A DNA stretch of 64,000 nucleotides, taken from assembly GCA_963709405.1 (NCBI GenBank), contig CAVPXM010000021.1, forward strand, positions 128,001-192,000. Reading direction: 5' to 3'. The DNA comes from an uncultured Nitrososphaerales archaeon (GTDB lineage Archaea; Thermoproteota; Nitrososphaeria; Nitrososphaerales; Nitrososphaeraceae). The notes under the pieces were generated by a model that was given only the letters and a program-made list of their open reading frames with translations, ran no database searches and had not been told where the DNA came from. Of this stretch, positions 12,377 through 23,638 are shown one piece after another (the first letter of the stretch is position 1; every line of letters starts with the position of its first letter). The translations under genes and the position numbers were made by a program.

Positions 12377-12757
12377 TAAAATAGCAAGTCCAAGCCACCC
12401 CCAAGCATTTGAATTACAATGAAAAACAATGTTATCAAATCTGGGCTTAAGTTATATACAAAGATTTGCAAAACTATGGCTTTAATAAATTAGCATTAAT
12501 CAATCATGCTAGTTATCATTTATGCTTTCTACGATTACCTATTTTACAGCATTTGTTATCAATTCCTATAAAAAGTAACGCACTTCTGATTTACGTCAAT
12601 TCTTTGTGGTATAGTTTTACAACAATAATCATAACTTGTCGATAACATTGAATGAAATGTTCTAATTTGTAATTGAAAATTTCTTTTTATATAGAACAAA
12701 CAAACGTTTCCAATCATAAAATTAATATATAGTACATCATTCTAACGTTGTTTAACA

Positions 12758-12964
12758 ATGGCTGATGAGGCCGGCGTCCAGCAGTTAGGGATAGCCGTGG
12801 GTTTGAAAGAGCTTTTGGCTAACTCTGGTTTTACTACTGCTAGATCAATAATTAGATATTCTCCAGGTGAAATTTCTAAACTATTAGGGATAGAGGTTCA
12901 TGTAGCAAAGATCATTATTGATGAAGCCCAAAAGTTAATAAACACACAAGAAAAAGAAAAATAA
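12758..12964 (+). CDS. Small helix-hairpin-helix protein (RadA N-terminal domain-like)
   Basis: LKELLANSGFTT..SPGEISKLLGIEVHVAKIIIDEA; TATA-like box upstream. Confidence 0.55.
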   Translation: MADEAGVQQLGIAVGLKELLANSGFTTARSIIRYSPGEISKLLGIEVHVAKIIIDEAQKLINTQEKEK

Positions 12965-13475
12965 ATGGGCCAACAAAAGGTGACACACCTTCAATACACA
13001 ATACCTAATATGCTCTAGAAATTGGAACTGACGAATCAAATATTTGATTACTATCCATTGATCCCAACCGAGATCGAGGTGTGAAATAATCCCTTTCATG
13101 AGATCTTAATGACTATATTATCTATAGTAACAAGCATTTTTATTAACTTTCCTCATCTCTATCATTATTCATAAAAAAACGATATGCCAATGTTCAATCA
13201 GAATTCAATGCCCACTAATTTACGCAGGAACAAAATTCATACCATTCTTTATGTTGGGCGCTTTCACATATTTATATAATGAGACTTCAAAAAAAGAATC
13301 CCTAAATTTATTTTCTACGTAAATTTAAATGGATCCGAGTCTATACAAAAGCATCGTGTTCTTGCCTTCCTAAATTTTTTTAGTAATGAAAACTGAGTAA
13401 CGATTCACCGCACATTTTTTCATAGAATGTACTGAATAATTGGTGGATATCCAATTTGTGCTGAGTCACTTTTTG

Positions 13476-13838
13476 CTATTTACCAGTATTGGATTGAGGT
13501 GGTTTTTTCTTCCATGCAACCATTAGGAATAAAAACGGTATTACCATTATCGTGGATGCAATCAAGATTGGCTGCATAATCGTCATGTCTATGGGCTTTC
13601 CTACTGCAAGGTAAAATGGGAACGGATAAAATCCTGAAGTAAAGAACCAGAGCGCACCGAACAACAGGAGGAACGGCAGGTTGCGTTTTAGGAATTTATA
13701 AGGTGGCTTTTTTAGCCTGCCACACCTTATACACTTGCTCTTATCTTGAACTAAGCATGAAGAGCAGACTGACTTGGTACAATATGCACAGGTAATATGC
13801 CCGAACCTTGAACCACATATAGTACAGTCCGTTGTCAA
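13476..13838 (-). CDS. Cys-rich zinc-finger membrane protein
   Basis: Four CxxC pairs in the N-terminus followed by two TM segments. Confidence 0.7.
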   Translation of the reverse strand: MTTDCTICGSRFGHITCAYCTKSVCSSCLVQDKSKCIRCGRLKKPPYKFLKRNLPFLLLFGALWFFTSGFYPFPFYLAVGKPIDMTIMQPILIASTIMVIPFLFLMVAWKKKPPQSNTGK

Positions 13839-14398
13839 TTTGCTCTAATACCATTATAAAAGTTTGTATATATATTAGTTAACAATATTTCTTAATATTA
13901 CTATTTTCATAAAATATTGGCATCTGCAATATTTCATCCAAATATGACAGGTGAATTTTGAATTTTGTAAAATAACTAATGTACCAAGCATGATCGCTCT
14001 AGTTTGTAGCTTAATTGCGAAATAACGTCATTCAAGGAGTATTTCGAACATCATAAGAAACGATATGTTAGTATTATTCGTTGACAACCTATATTAATTC
14101 GTAATTCGAAAGTTGAATTCGAAATTACGCTACAAACCAGACGCTTGCATATAGTTTAATTATTAGCATGATGAAATATGTAATTTCGAGTAGCTGTTCG
14201 AACATTCTCCAATACTTTGTTTAAACAGGTCCAATGCAACTCAATCCTCGAGATTCTAGCTGTTGATGGATCAAATGCAGGAATCTCTATAGAAATGGAA
14301 ACAAGCCAAAATGACCGATTAGTCAGTTAAATTTATTAGTTGCTTTGTAATATATATTAGTGAGAAAGTAGTTGGTACTTTAAGATGTGTAGCAGTGG

Positions 14399-14746
14399 GT
14401 GGAAGATAGATTGAATTTCGGTGATAATTATAATAACAGACAGTTCCTGGCTAATCAACTGCTCTGGTTAGCAATATCCTTAGGAATAAGCATTACAATT
14501 TCTATTTTGCTTCCTTTTCCCATTTCTTTAGTAACAATAATAGGAGTATTCATCCTTCTAAACCTTTACATGAGAAGAAGAGTTATGCAAAGAATGGGAA
14601 TGGGAGGTCTCGGAAAATTAGGTATGTTGGATTCGAGTGTAGCACCAGATAGCTCTTTAAAATACTACTGTATGAGTTGTGGATCTCAACATAGAGACAT
14701 AGCGTGCCCTAAATGTGGTTCAAAAATGAAAAAAGTGGGATTTTGA
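14399..14746 (+). CDS. Membrane protein with C-terminal zinc ribbon
   Basis: Two TM helices then YYCMSCG..ACPKCGS. Confidence 0.75.
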   Translation: MEDRLNFGDNYNNRQFLANQLLWLAISLGISITISILLPFPISLVTIIGVFILLNLYMRRRVMQRMGMGGLGKLGMLDSSVAPDSSLKYYCMSCGSQHRDIACPKCGSKMKKVGF

Positions 14747-14750
14747 TAGA

Positions 14751-15014
14751 TTGATAGGAATATTTAGACGTTGGAAACCAAAAGGTCAAATGTTCAGTCT
14801 GAAGTGTTTCCAATGTGGCTCTGGTTTTCTTTCCAGTTTTAACCTGGAGGCACCTATTTGTGGTAAATGTCTTCAGAAGGCTAAGTCTTTGGACTCGACT
14901 ATAGACCACGACAAAGTTTGCAGTAAATGTGGAAATAGGGGAATAATTTATGGAAAAGAAATGTGCCATTCTTGTTATTTTGGATTCGAAAGCGAGAAGG
15001 TATCGGGCAAGTGA
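14751..15014 (+). CDS. Small Cys-rich zinc-binding protein
   Basis: CFQC, CGKC, CSKC, CHSC; 4 bp downstream of the preceding gene. Confidence 0.6.
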   Translation: MIGIFRRWKPKGQMFSLKCFQCGSGFLSSFNLEAPICGKCLQKAKSLDSTIDHDKVCSKCGNRGIIYGKEMCHSCYFGFESEKVSGK

Positions 15015-15172
15015 TTTGACTGATCTTGTCAGACTATCCCTATTTACAGGATGCTATTGGAATTTTCGGTAATCTGCGTAGCTAAGTTGAGCAGAATTCT
15101 GTTTGAAGGTTAAATCTAGGCAATTACTCAAAGAACATCACTGATTTCTATCATAAGCGCGACGAAATTCGA

Positions 15173-15604
15173 TTATAGTGTATTTCTGATATTTCTGTAT
15201 ATTAATTCAACTTGATCTGAATTTAAATTAGGTCTTCTTTTGAACATAGAGTGAATAGGTCCAGCACCATCATTCTTAGTCCTTGGTACAATATGAACAT
15301 GGAGATGCGGTATTTCTTGCCCAGCTTCTTTACCGTTGTGAATAGCTATCGTAGTCGAGTTCACGCCCATAGCATTCTCCAATGCCGCTGAGATTTTCCT
15401 TACTAAATCAAAGACCGAGTGTGTAGAATCTTGGTCCATATCTTGAACTTTGGGATAATGAAATTTCGGAATAACTAGGGCGTGGCCAGCCGACAACGGA
15501 AAAGCATCTAGGATAACAACTGCCAAGTCATCTTGTTCTAGAATCCTTGCTGGAATTTTGCCTCGGATAATCTTGCAGAATATACAGGTCAGATCAATTG
15601 TCAT
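15173..15604 (-). CDS. hit: HIT family nucleotide hydrolase
   Basis: CIFCKII, GHALVIPK, HLHVH histidine triad. Confidence 0.95.
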   Translation of the reverse strand: MTIDLTCIFCKIIRGKIPARILEQDDLAVVILDAFPLSAGHALVIPKFHYPKVQDMDQDSTHSVFDLVRKISAALENAMGVNSTTIAIHNGKEAGQEIPHLHVHIVPRTKNDGAGPIHSMFKRRPNLNSDQVELIYRNIRNTL

Positions 15605-16099
15605 GTTAATCTTATCCGTATAAGTAGTAAATAAATGAAAAGTGTGATGGATTGCGAATGCTTTAGATTAGTCGAGTAGTGAATTCATATCTAGTCAGGA
15701 AATTCCGACTCCTTGAAAAGTATCTCGGCAATTCCATATCCTGAAATTGTCCCAATAACGCTAGCGAATCATACCGATACTAGAACAGTCGTCAATCTGA
15801 AAATTCCTTCTAAATTCGGGATGATCGATTGAAATGTGGCGAAGCGGGATATAGGAACATGTGATCTATCTATAGAGCAACGTCTTCTAGGGACTAACAT
15901 GCGTTATAATAAAGCATATAAGATGAAGACGAATGTGATGATGTTTGCTGAAGCTACATCATCCGAAGTAATAACAGGACCTACAAGTTAGTGCTGCCTC
16001 TTAATTCTTCTTGTCATATGCCATTTCGTGAGTTATATTTCTGGATAGACTAGGTTATTTGAAATAATTATATCCTTTCACTAATCCGTGCTATATAGT

Positions 16100-17163
16100 A
16101 GATCTCTTGCGTAATTAGCAGTTATGATCTATTAATGCTGCCCTATTTTGACTGTATTCTTAGATTGAAATCCTGTTAGACTGCATCACTCTGAAGTTCA
16201 GTATACCGGATACAATATCAGATATGTTATTGTACCTTCTTAGTTTGTTTCTGAACTTAGTACCCATTATTCCAAACTTCTTGATCTTGCATATGGTGTG
16301 TTCTACTATGATCCTGAGTCTTGAGTGATTCTTGTTGTATCTCATATCGTCATTTGAAAGCAAGGTATTCTTTTTCTTTCTAATGGGAAGTACAGACTTT
16401 ACTGTGGGAAAGTCCTTTTCAATACCAAGATAACCAAGATCAACTATATTGTCAACTTGTGATGGAGTTATAGTAGGATGATTGTGTTTGTAAATGTCAT
16501 AATCATGTTTTCTTCCATTCCTGTGACCTGTCTTATGCAGGATCAAACCTTCAGTATTAACCATCAATTGTGTCTTGACAGTATGTTTCCTCTTTCTACC
16601 TGAATAGTAACTCTTTCTCTTTCTCTTCTCTTGTTCTTAGGTCTTGGAATCTCCTGTTCTGTAGAGTCTATGAAAGCCTTGAATCCAGGGAAGTACCTGT
16701 TCAACTTCCTCTATAGTTCTTAATCTCTTAGTACGTTTGTATATCTTCTTTGGCAATGGAATACACTCCTTTAGCAAAGATTCTAGGATAGTCAAATCTC
16801 TAAATACATTGCTCTGGTCAAGATCAAATAGAAATCCCGATAATGCATATGTAATGTACAATCGATAATAAATAAACCAAAAGCATTAGAAGTCTTTCTC
16901 TTGGTTTCAGTTTAAACGGTCTACCGGCACCAACCAACATCTCTTTTCCTCTTCCTTTTAGAAAGACGTCTTCTTTCATATTCCTCATATTTCGAGTCCA
17001 TTTCTGTGCTTATTTGATCAAATTCTGGTACAGTTAGTCCAGTAAGTGACCTGAATAACAAAGGCTTTTTGCATAGTCTTCTATATGACATCAAAGAGAT
17101 ATCACATAAATATCCTATATGACGTCGAATATAGCTGTAAGCTTCTAATTACGCAAGAGATCT
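16100..17163 (-). mobile_element. IS5-family (DDE_Tnp_4-type) insertion sequence, ~1064 bp
   Basis: Perfect terminal IR AGATCTCTTGCGTAATTAG (16100-16118) / CTAATTACGCAAGAGATCT (17145-17163); flanked by AGT direct repeat (alternatively TA with ends shifted by 1 bp). Confidence 0.92.
16160..17091 (-). pseudogene. IS5-family transposase, frameshifted
   Basis: MSYRRLCKKPLLFRSLTGLTVPEFD start, GRPFKL, YYSGRKRKHTVKTQ, GRKHD, DLGYLG, RIIVEHTICKIKKF spread over several frames. Confidence 0.85.
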
Positions 17164-17476
17164 AGTGTATTAGATTAAACCAAGGCTTGATATCTTTATT
17201 TATAATTTCTTGACAGAAATCCGAACCCATCTCGGGAGGGATCATGTTACACGAGTATAGAAGCAAAGCGACTAACTAAGGAATAACGGAGTATTCGCAC
17301 TGAAATCATATTTGATTCATTCTACAGATCTTATATCGAGGGATTCAACTAATTATTTTCAATTCATTCTATAGAGACACGTTGACAGTTTTGATGAGAG
17401 TGAGTTTATGTAACCAGATTCTTTAGCTATTTTTGGTCTCTTCGATATATATTAGACTCAACAGCATTGACTAAAT

Positions 17477-18454
17477 GTGCACAATGAGTTAGCACATACT
17501 GCAGAACACGCTTTCATCGGATCTCTTCAGAAGCTAATTGGCATGACATTAGAGGTAAGAAAGGTGGACCATCGTGACAACGATAGCGTAGTTTTTGTTG
17601 GTGCTAAATATTTAGATGCTGAGCTGATCGCTAAAGCACAATCTGAAGTAAATGTCCTGATCGTGACTGGTAGGAAAGTCTTTACACACTCATTTTCGTC
17701 ATTGACAAAAGCTAAGGAACAATTCCAGTCGCTCAGAGCTAATGAAGCACGAATAAAAGAAGATGAGCCAGTGAAAGTTGTTGAGATATATGGACATGAT
17801 GTTGCAGCATGTGTCAGAGAACATGTAAAAGACATGACTAGCTGCGGTCTCTTTTTGGTAACACGCGTATCCAAGACTGAGAAAGAATATGAGATAAATT
17901 TTGTAGTAGGTGAACAGGCTAGACAAACCGCCATGGATTTGTCGCTGAGACTAGTGAAAATCAGCGGTGAATTAGGAGCGAATATTAATACTCTTGAAAG
18001 TACAATCAAAAAATTAAAAAAAGACAATGAAAGATATCTTAGAAATCTGAAAACTCTGACTAGAGAAAGACTTCGCGCTCTTACCCCGAACAATATAGTT
18101 ACTAATCACACTCAAGATTGCTTTATTATCAAGGGCGTCTTTTCTGGCTTATTAGATACTGAAATCCGTTCGTTTGCGGCGAAAAAAATTGGATGTGATA
18201 ATACAATAGTTATACTTGCGAACAAAATTGATGATTCAGAACAGAACCTAGCCAACATTGTCTTCGCGAGATCTCCATCCATAGCTATCGATTGTGGGAA
18301 ATTATTTCGCAATAAAGTACCTGCAGGGAAGGGTGGAGGAAAGCCAGATTTTTTTACTGGGATAGTTAATGGAACTGAAGTACACGATGCTGTAACTCTC
18401 TTAACTAGTTCTGTCCTCCATGCCATTTCAGACACAAAGTTAATTTCAACGTAA
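17477..18454 (+). CDS. Alanyl-tRNA editing domain protein (AlaX-like, tRNA_SAD + DHHA1)
   Basis: HTAEH and CVREH Zn motifs, coiled coil, C-terminal GKGGGKPDF. Confidence 0.85.
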   Translation: MHNELAHTAEHAFIGSLQKLIGMTLEVRKVDHRDNDSVVFVGAKYLDAELIAKAQSEVNVLIVTGRKVFTHSFSSLTKAKEQFQSLRANEARIKEDEPVKVVEIYGHDVAACVREHVKDMTSCGLFLVTRVSKTEKEYEINFVVGEQARQTAMDLSLRLVKISGELGANINTLESTIKKLKKDNERYLRNLKTLTRERLRALTPNNIVTNHTQDCFIIKGVFSGLLDTEIRSFAAKKIGCDNTIVILANKIDDSEQNLANIVFARSPSIAIDCGKLFRNKVPAGKGGGKPDFFTGIVNGTEVHDAVTLLTSSVLHAISDTKLIST

Positions 18455-18506
18455 AATGATCCATTTTGATAACATAAATTTTCCTGGGCTAGGACATTTT
18501 ACTTTC

Positions 18507-19157
18507 CTAAGAGAACACTGGATCATTGATTCCTAAAGATCTAAATGATTCTCGTCTCTCGATACATGCGTAGCAGTTTCGACAATGGGACCTGCCGTCG
18601 TTATGACAACTCCAGGTTAATTCAATAGGTACCTTCAATTTAATAGCAAGAGTAATTATCTTCTTCCTGTGCAAGTTGCATAACGGGAGGATTATATTTA
18701 ATGATTGCATTGTCCGCATCTTGGAACCTTCCCTAAATAAGAGCGCTAATTTTTGGATATAGTTTTGGGTTGCATCCTTGAAGAAATATCCGTCATGACG
18801 ATTATGCCCACCTACGATTGAGGTTATGTTCAAATTCTCTGCATGGTATAGGGCAATAGAATAGAACATGAGATTTCTAGCTGGAATGTAAGCGGACCAT
18901 CTTGAATCAGAATTCGCCGTCCGAATTGGCCTGTATGTATTTGCACTTTCTTTCATAAAAGGGACGTCTAATTTTATCAGATTGGTAATTCGGGCTTCGT
19001 TCGCTAATTGGATGGCTGCCTCTCTCTCCCGTTTACTCCTATCATGGTAATTGAAGGTTATTGCGTATACAACAGAAAATCTTTGTTTTGCCCAATATAG
19101 GCACGTAGCAGAGTCTAATCCTCCCGAAAGCAGGACCAGGGCTTTTTGGCCGTTCAT
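18507..19157 (-). CDS. queC: 7-cyano-7-deazaguanine synthase
   Basis: LLSGGLDSAT, YIPARNLMF, TWSC..HCRNCYACIER. Confidence 0.93.
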   Translation of the reverse strand: MNGQKALVLLSGGLDSATCLYWAKQRFSVVYAITFNYHDRSKREREAAIQLANEARITNLIKLDVPFMKESANTYRPIRTANSDSRWSAYIPARNLMFYSIALYHAENLNITSIVGGHNRHDGYFFKDATQNYIQKLALLFREGSKMRTMQSLNIILPLCNLHRKKIITLAIKLKVPIELTWSCHNDGRSHCRNCYACIERRESFRSLGINDPVFS

Positions 19158-19163
19158 CGTACA

Positions 19164-19976
19164 TTACTTCTTTAGTTCTGAAATTATGTGAGCCCCCTTG
19201 TTTACTCCCTCATACACATACACTCCTAACGCTTCTACATTTGCTGGCATTTTAGGTGCCATGAGCCTAATGATTTCCGATGACAAGGTTTCTACAGTGG
19301 CCTCTCCACTGAGCAGAAAAGTTGTGGGTTTCGGTAGTTGGAGCCTAAAATCACCCTTAGGCCCTGCAAATGAGACTAAATAGTGAAGGTCGCTTTCGCT
19401 CTCAAGATATTTCCTGCTTATAAAGAACTTGTGGTCTATAGTGTCGAGTGTCTCCTTGATAATTCTTTTTGCTTCCGCAAAATCGATAACAAGGTTATCG
19501 ACCATCCTGCCGATTATTTCTACCATAACGGTTGATGTGTGACCATGCAAGATAGAGCACTTGTCCACTAGTGGTAGGATATGGGCGTAATCGAAGGCTA
19601 ATGAAGGGTCTTCAATGAATATAGAGCTAGTTTGATTGTTATCTGAATCATAAAAAAAGAAGGAATCTAATTCACTAACTTTGGCTGCGTATTTTGATTG
19701 TCCAACAGCAACAATCTTCAAATCTGGTCTAAGGTTCCGAACTAGGTTGAATTTTTCCAAATCAAGATCAGAATCAATAACTTCCAAAAACCTCTCGCCT
19801 GTTTTGAAGTCGACAAAAACTCTGGTGGCATCATTTAGATCTAGTTCGAAATTATATTGATAATCATGACCCAGAACTGAAAGCAATTTTGATACCGTTA
19901 ACTCATTTCTGCTCTTTAACAGATTGCCTCGATCATCAATATATCTTAAATCTTTTTCAAGTGCAACTCTTTCCAT
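19164..19976 (-). CDS. queD: 6-carboxytetrahydropterin synthase with ~115-aa N-terminal extension
   Basis: FDYAH..CSILHGHT, VIDF, IDHKF, TVETLS, VYEG; 6 bp upstream of queC. Confidence 0.85.
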   Translation of the reverse strand: MERVALEKDLRYIDDRGNLLKSRNELTVSKLLSVLGHDYQYNFELDLNDATRVFVDFKTGERFLEVIDSDLDLEKFNLVRNLRPDLKIVAVGQSKYAAKVSELDSFFFYDSDNNQTSSIFIEDPSLAFDYAHILPLVDKCSILHGHTSTVMVEIIGRMVDNLVIDFAEAKRIIKETLDTIDHKFFISRKYLESESDLHYLVSFAGPKGDFRLQLPKPTTFLLSGEATVETLSSEIIRLMAPKMPANVEALGVYVYEGVNKGAHIISELKK

Positions 19977-20905
19977 TGAAATTTTTCCGATAGGAATCGG
20001 ATTAGCCCATATATCAGTTATTCTAAATATATCTTGCCCGAAGAAAGACGTTGCCTGATTAACTAAATTTACAAGTCACATAGGATGCAGGAAGCACTTT
20101 CAAATTATAAATACTATATCTTTTTTGTTAATTTTCCTAACTTCCTTTAACATCCATTAGAAGTATTTGAAATGATTAAATGACAGTTTTAGGAAACAAG
20201 GTTAGTTGACTCGATAGCTGGTTGTAATATTGTACAGAGCAAACTACATCGCGGCAGTCACGTCGCTGTTCAGTAAATCTCACGTCTTACAATTATCTTC
20301 ACGGTGTTACAAAAATATATACCTGATACAAAATTAGCCATATTCTATCGGTCAGAGATCTCTTCTTTGCCTTCCTTGATCAAATTGAAACGAGCAAGTA
20401 CGCGTCTATTTATTCCTATCAGCAGGCCATAACAAATTAGCAATAATAGGTCGAATGCGATGGTCGCAAGCAATACAGTTGAATTATTTACGTCTATTAC
20501 TCCTCTTCGACTTGGTACAAATAAACTGCCAACAAACAAGATCGATATCACAAGGTGTGATGCCGTTCCAATTACATACGCAATGTGAATATGTGTTCCT
20601 CCCCTTACATAAATTGAGTCAGATGCAAATTTTCATGGTTAGGGTCAATATGAGTATAAGAATATGCAGTTTGTAACGGATCACAAGTTGAAAGAATTAT
20701 GATGACAACTAGAACAAGTATTGACAACGTATCGATGTCTAATCAGCATCGATTTATGCCAGTACCTTGCATTATCGTCGGACTACATTCGTTCAATTTG
20801 TTATTTTATCCTTATTTTCCAGATCAGATTGAGAATTCGTCTCCAAAAAGCTGTATATAATAACAGCCTGAAAAGTATAATAGAGATTATAATATATCAA
20901 GGATA

Positions 20906-21343
20906 ATGAGACAAGAACATGTAACTCTGCAAAATGTAGAGGTTTCACAAGTATATGATCAAATCAAAAAATATCTCCAAGGGCTCAAACTGGACATAAT
21001 CCATGAAGAGAAAATTGAAAATTATTGGAATATTAAGGCGCATAAGGGTACTAAAGGTAGTGTTATCATTGGGAATGTGAGAGATGTTGAGGTAATGATA
21101 AGTGGCAGTGAAGGTAATTATGATTTAATCTTGCGAACTGGTGCGTGGGGTAAAGACATAATCGTTCCAACAGCTATAGCAGGTGTTCTGACTGCAGGAG
21201 TAGCTGTAATTCCTGTAGCTGCAGTGTCAGGATATAGAGCACACGCGTTTGAGAAAAATTTCTGGAACTTTATCAAAAAGACACTGGCCGACACCGGAAA
21301 TGCAAATGCAATAATGTCTGACCCAGTAACGGTAACGCATTAA
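20906..21343 (+). CDS. Hypothetical protein
   Basis: 145-aa ORF with ATG, upstream TATA-like sequence and one hydrophobic segment. Confidence 0.7.
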   Translation: MRQEHVTLQNVEVSQVYDQIKKYLQGLKLDIIHEEKIENYWNIKAHKGTKGSVIIGNVRDVEVMISGSEGNYDLILRTGAWGKDIIVPTAIAGVLTAGVAVIPVAAVSGYRAHAFEKNFWNFIKKTLADTGNANAIMSDPVTVTH

Positions 21344-21676
21344 ATTAACAACATTCAAGACCTGGCTGATAAAAATATCAAATAAGGTAATGGTAAAGGA
21401 AATTAATGATTTAGCTTAGGTATTGATTGTTCCAACCATTTTTTGTACAAACAAATCATTTATACAAACAAATCGTACTATCTACGACTATTGCTTACTT
21501 TAAGGTATTACTAAGTTAGATATGTATTACTATAGGTATCAAAACTGAATGTCACAAAGAAGATATTATTCTAAATTCCCTTTTTAATTACCGGGTTGTT
21601 TGGCGCTGCCAGTAGAGGTTACATAATACGTATTCATGAAACGATCTATAATTGTCCAGTAGCAATACATCCAAAA

Positions 21677-22024
21677 CTACTTGCAGCATTGGTCAGGATC
21701 CGTAATGCTCGGATTATTTTGCAATAGATCTTCAATCCAAATATGTTGAATGATGTGAGATGGTATTAATTCTCTTCGAATCATTAGGTTGGAGCTTTCA
21801 TTTTTGTAAAATGTAATCGTGACAAAGTCAGCCACTATCTGAATATTTATCGCTTCGCAGTCCACCTCTGATTTCGACGCATCAAATTCCTCGACAGTCT
21901 CGATCACAGATTTCGTTTTTCTCCTCGATAGATACTGAACAATTATGTTTTTTACCTCTAAGCCATGAAATTTGACTATCCTTGTTCTGGTTTCGTTCAC
22001 GAAATTTTCTAAATATCGACACAT
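21677..22024 (-). CDS. Hypothetical protein
   Basis: 115-aa ORF with protein-like composition; start uncertain. Confidence 0.5.
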   Translation of the reverse strand: MCRYLENFVNETRTRIVKFHGLEVKNIIVQYLSRRKTKSVIETVEEFDASKSEVDCEAINIQIVADFVTITFYKNESSNLMIRRELIPSHIIQHIWIEDLLQNNPSITDPDQCCK

Positions 22025-22520
22025 AATAAAGTGTTCTTATCGATATTTGCTTCTGAAATGTCTTATGAGGCTGATTGAACTATGTACGTTTATCGCGATT
22101 ATGTGAGAGCTAATTTGCACCATTTGCTCTTCTTGATGCTGATTCAATGATATGAGGCTAAATATAGCTACATTTGGAGTTATCCCTTGAATATGTACTA
22201 AGGGCTGATAAAGGCTCATCTCTTCATTAGACCAGGGGCTATTATACTTTGCCTCATGGGATTTCAGAACAAGTCACTTTGATTATGATGCAATTATCCT
22301 CATAGCGAGAATGCGGATGAATTAAGAATAAATTGTGAATAAATTTCGAACCTTCAGAAATCATCTGTCACGCTGTTCCCCTTCGATTCAACCATTCAAG
22401 ACAGAAGTAAATCATAAAGTTGGAGACTAACTGATAACAATCGTTGTCAGACCCATATGATACTAATGATTCAAGGAACATTCGAGGAAATCCCAAGAAA
22501 CCGTAACAGCTTCTATTAAC

Positions 22521-23568
22521 TGTTGTACTTCCTAACATAGGTGACAATTTAGCTTACAGACATGGGTTACACTTCTGCTGTCAGGAAGTGAATCCATATA
22601 GAAATCAGAACAAGGTTTAATCTAATACATGAGAAAGAATGGACTGGCGATACAGTATCTAATATTTGTAAAAGATACGGTACATCCAGAAAGACTTACT
22701 ACAAGTGGAATAACAGATACAAACAGAAAGGGATAGAAGGACTTCTAGATAACTCTAAAAGACCTCATAATACTCCATGTAGAAAGGTAACATCAGAAAT
22801 AGAAGAGACAATACTTGATCTACGACTAACCAAAAGGTTTGGATGTAGCAGGATCAAGTTTAGATTAAGAAAGGTTATTGGAATCTCGTTAAGCACCAGA
22901 ACTATCTACAAGATACTAAAGAGACATGGGCTTAATATCCTCAAATGTCAAGGCCAAAATAAGAAGATACAAACGGTTCGCAATGAGGCATCCAAATGAG
23001 ATGGTACAGATGGATATCCTTGGCCCTTTCTATCTGAGTAATTCCAGTCAAAGGAATTATTACATCATCAGCTGTCTGGATGATTGTTCAAGAAAAGTAG
23101 CAAGCAGATGGTCTAAAAGAAAGAGGTCAGTAGATGTTCTCAATGTATTAGAGGACTGGATAATCATTAATGGCAAGCCTGAAAAGATAATGCATGACAA
23201 TGGAAAGCAGTTTACATCCAAAATGTTCAGACATTTCCTCGTACACAATCAGATAAAGGATAAGCAAATACCAAATTCATTCTTACCCACAGCTACAAGG
23301 GAAAATAGAAGCATATAACAAGATAGTGAAAAATGAGTTTCTAGCAATAGAAGAAGATATACCAAACATAGATGATGGTAGAGCTAAGATATGACATGTT
23401 TATAAAAGCGTACAATGAAACGAGAGAACATGGAGGAATAAATGGTCTTACTCCATCAGAGATGTTTCTACAAAGATTAATTACATCCACCATAAGTATA
23501 AGAACTAAGCAGCAAAGTGTAACCCATGTAGGTACTTAATAATGTAACCTATCTGTGCAAGTACAACA
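22521..23568 (+). mobile_element. IS481-family insertion sequence, 1048 bp
   Basis: TGT..ACA ends; ~55-bp imperfect IR starting TGTTGTACTT with internal ATAGGT(G/T)ACA and ATGGGTTACA repeats; 6-bp target duplication ATTAAC (22515-22520 and 23569-23574). Confidence 0.92.
22588..23540 (+). pseudogene. IS481-family transposase (HTH + rve integrase core), frameshifted
   Basis: VSNICKRYGTSRKTYYKW..GLLDNSKRPH, QMDILGP, LDDCSR, HDNGKQF, PQLQGKIEA across frames. Confidence 0.85.
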
Positions 23569-23638
23569 ATTAACTTACGCATATATTCCTAAAACCTTTC
23601 GATAGTGGGGTATTTATCTCCTTTTACATATCCACTAA

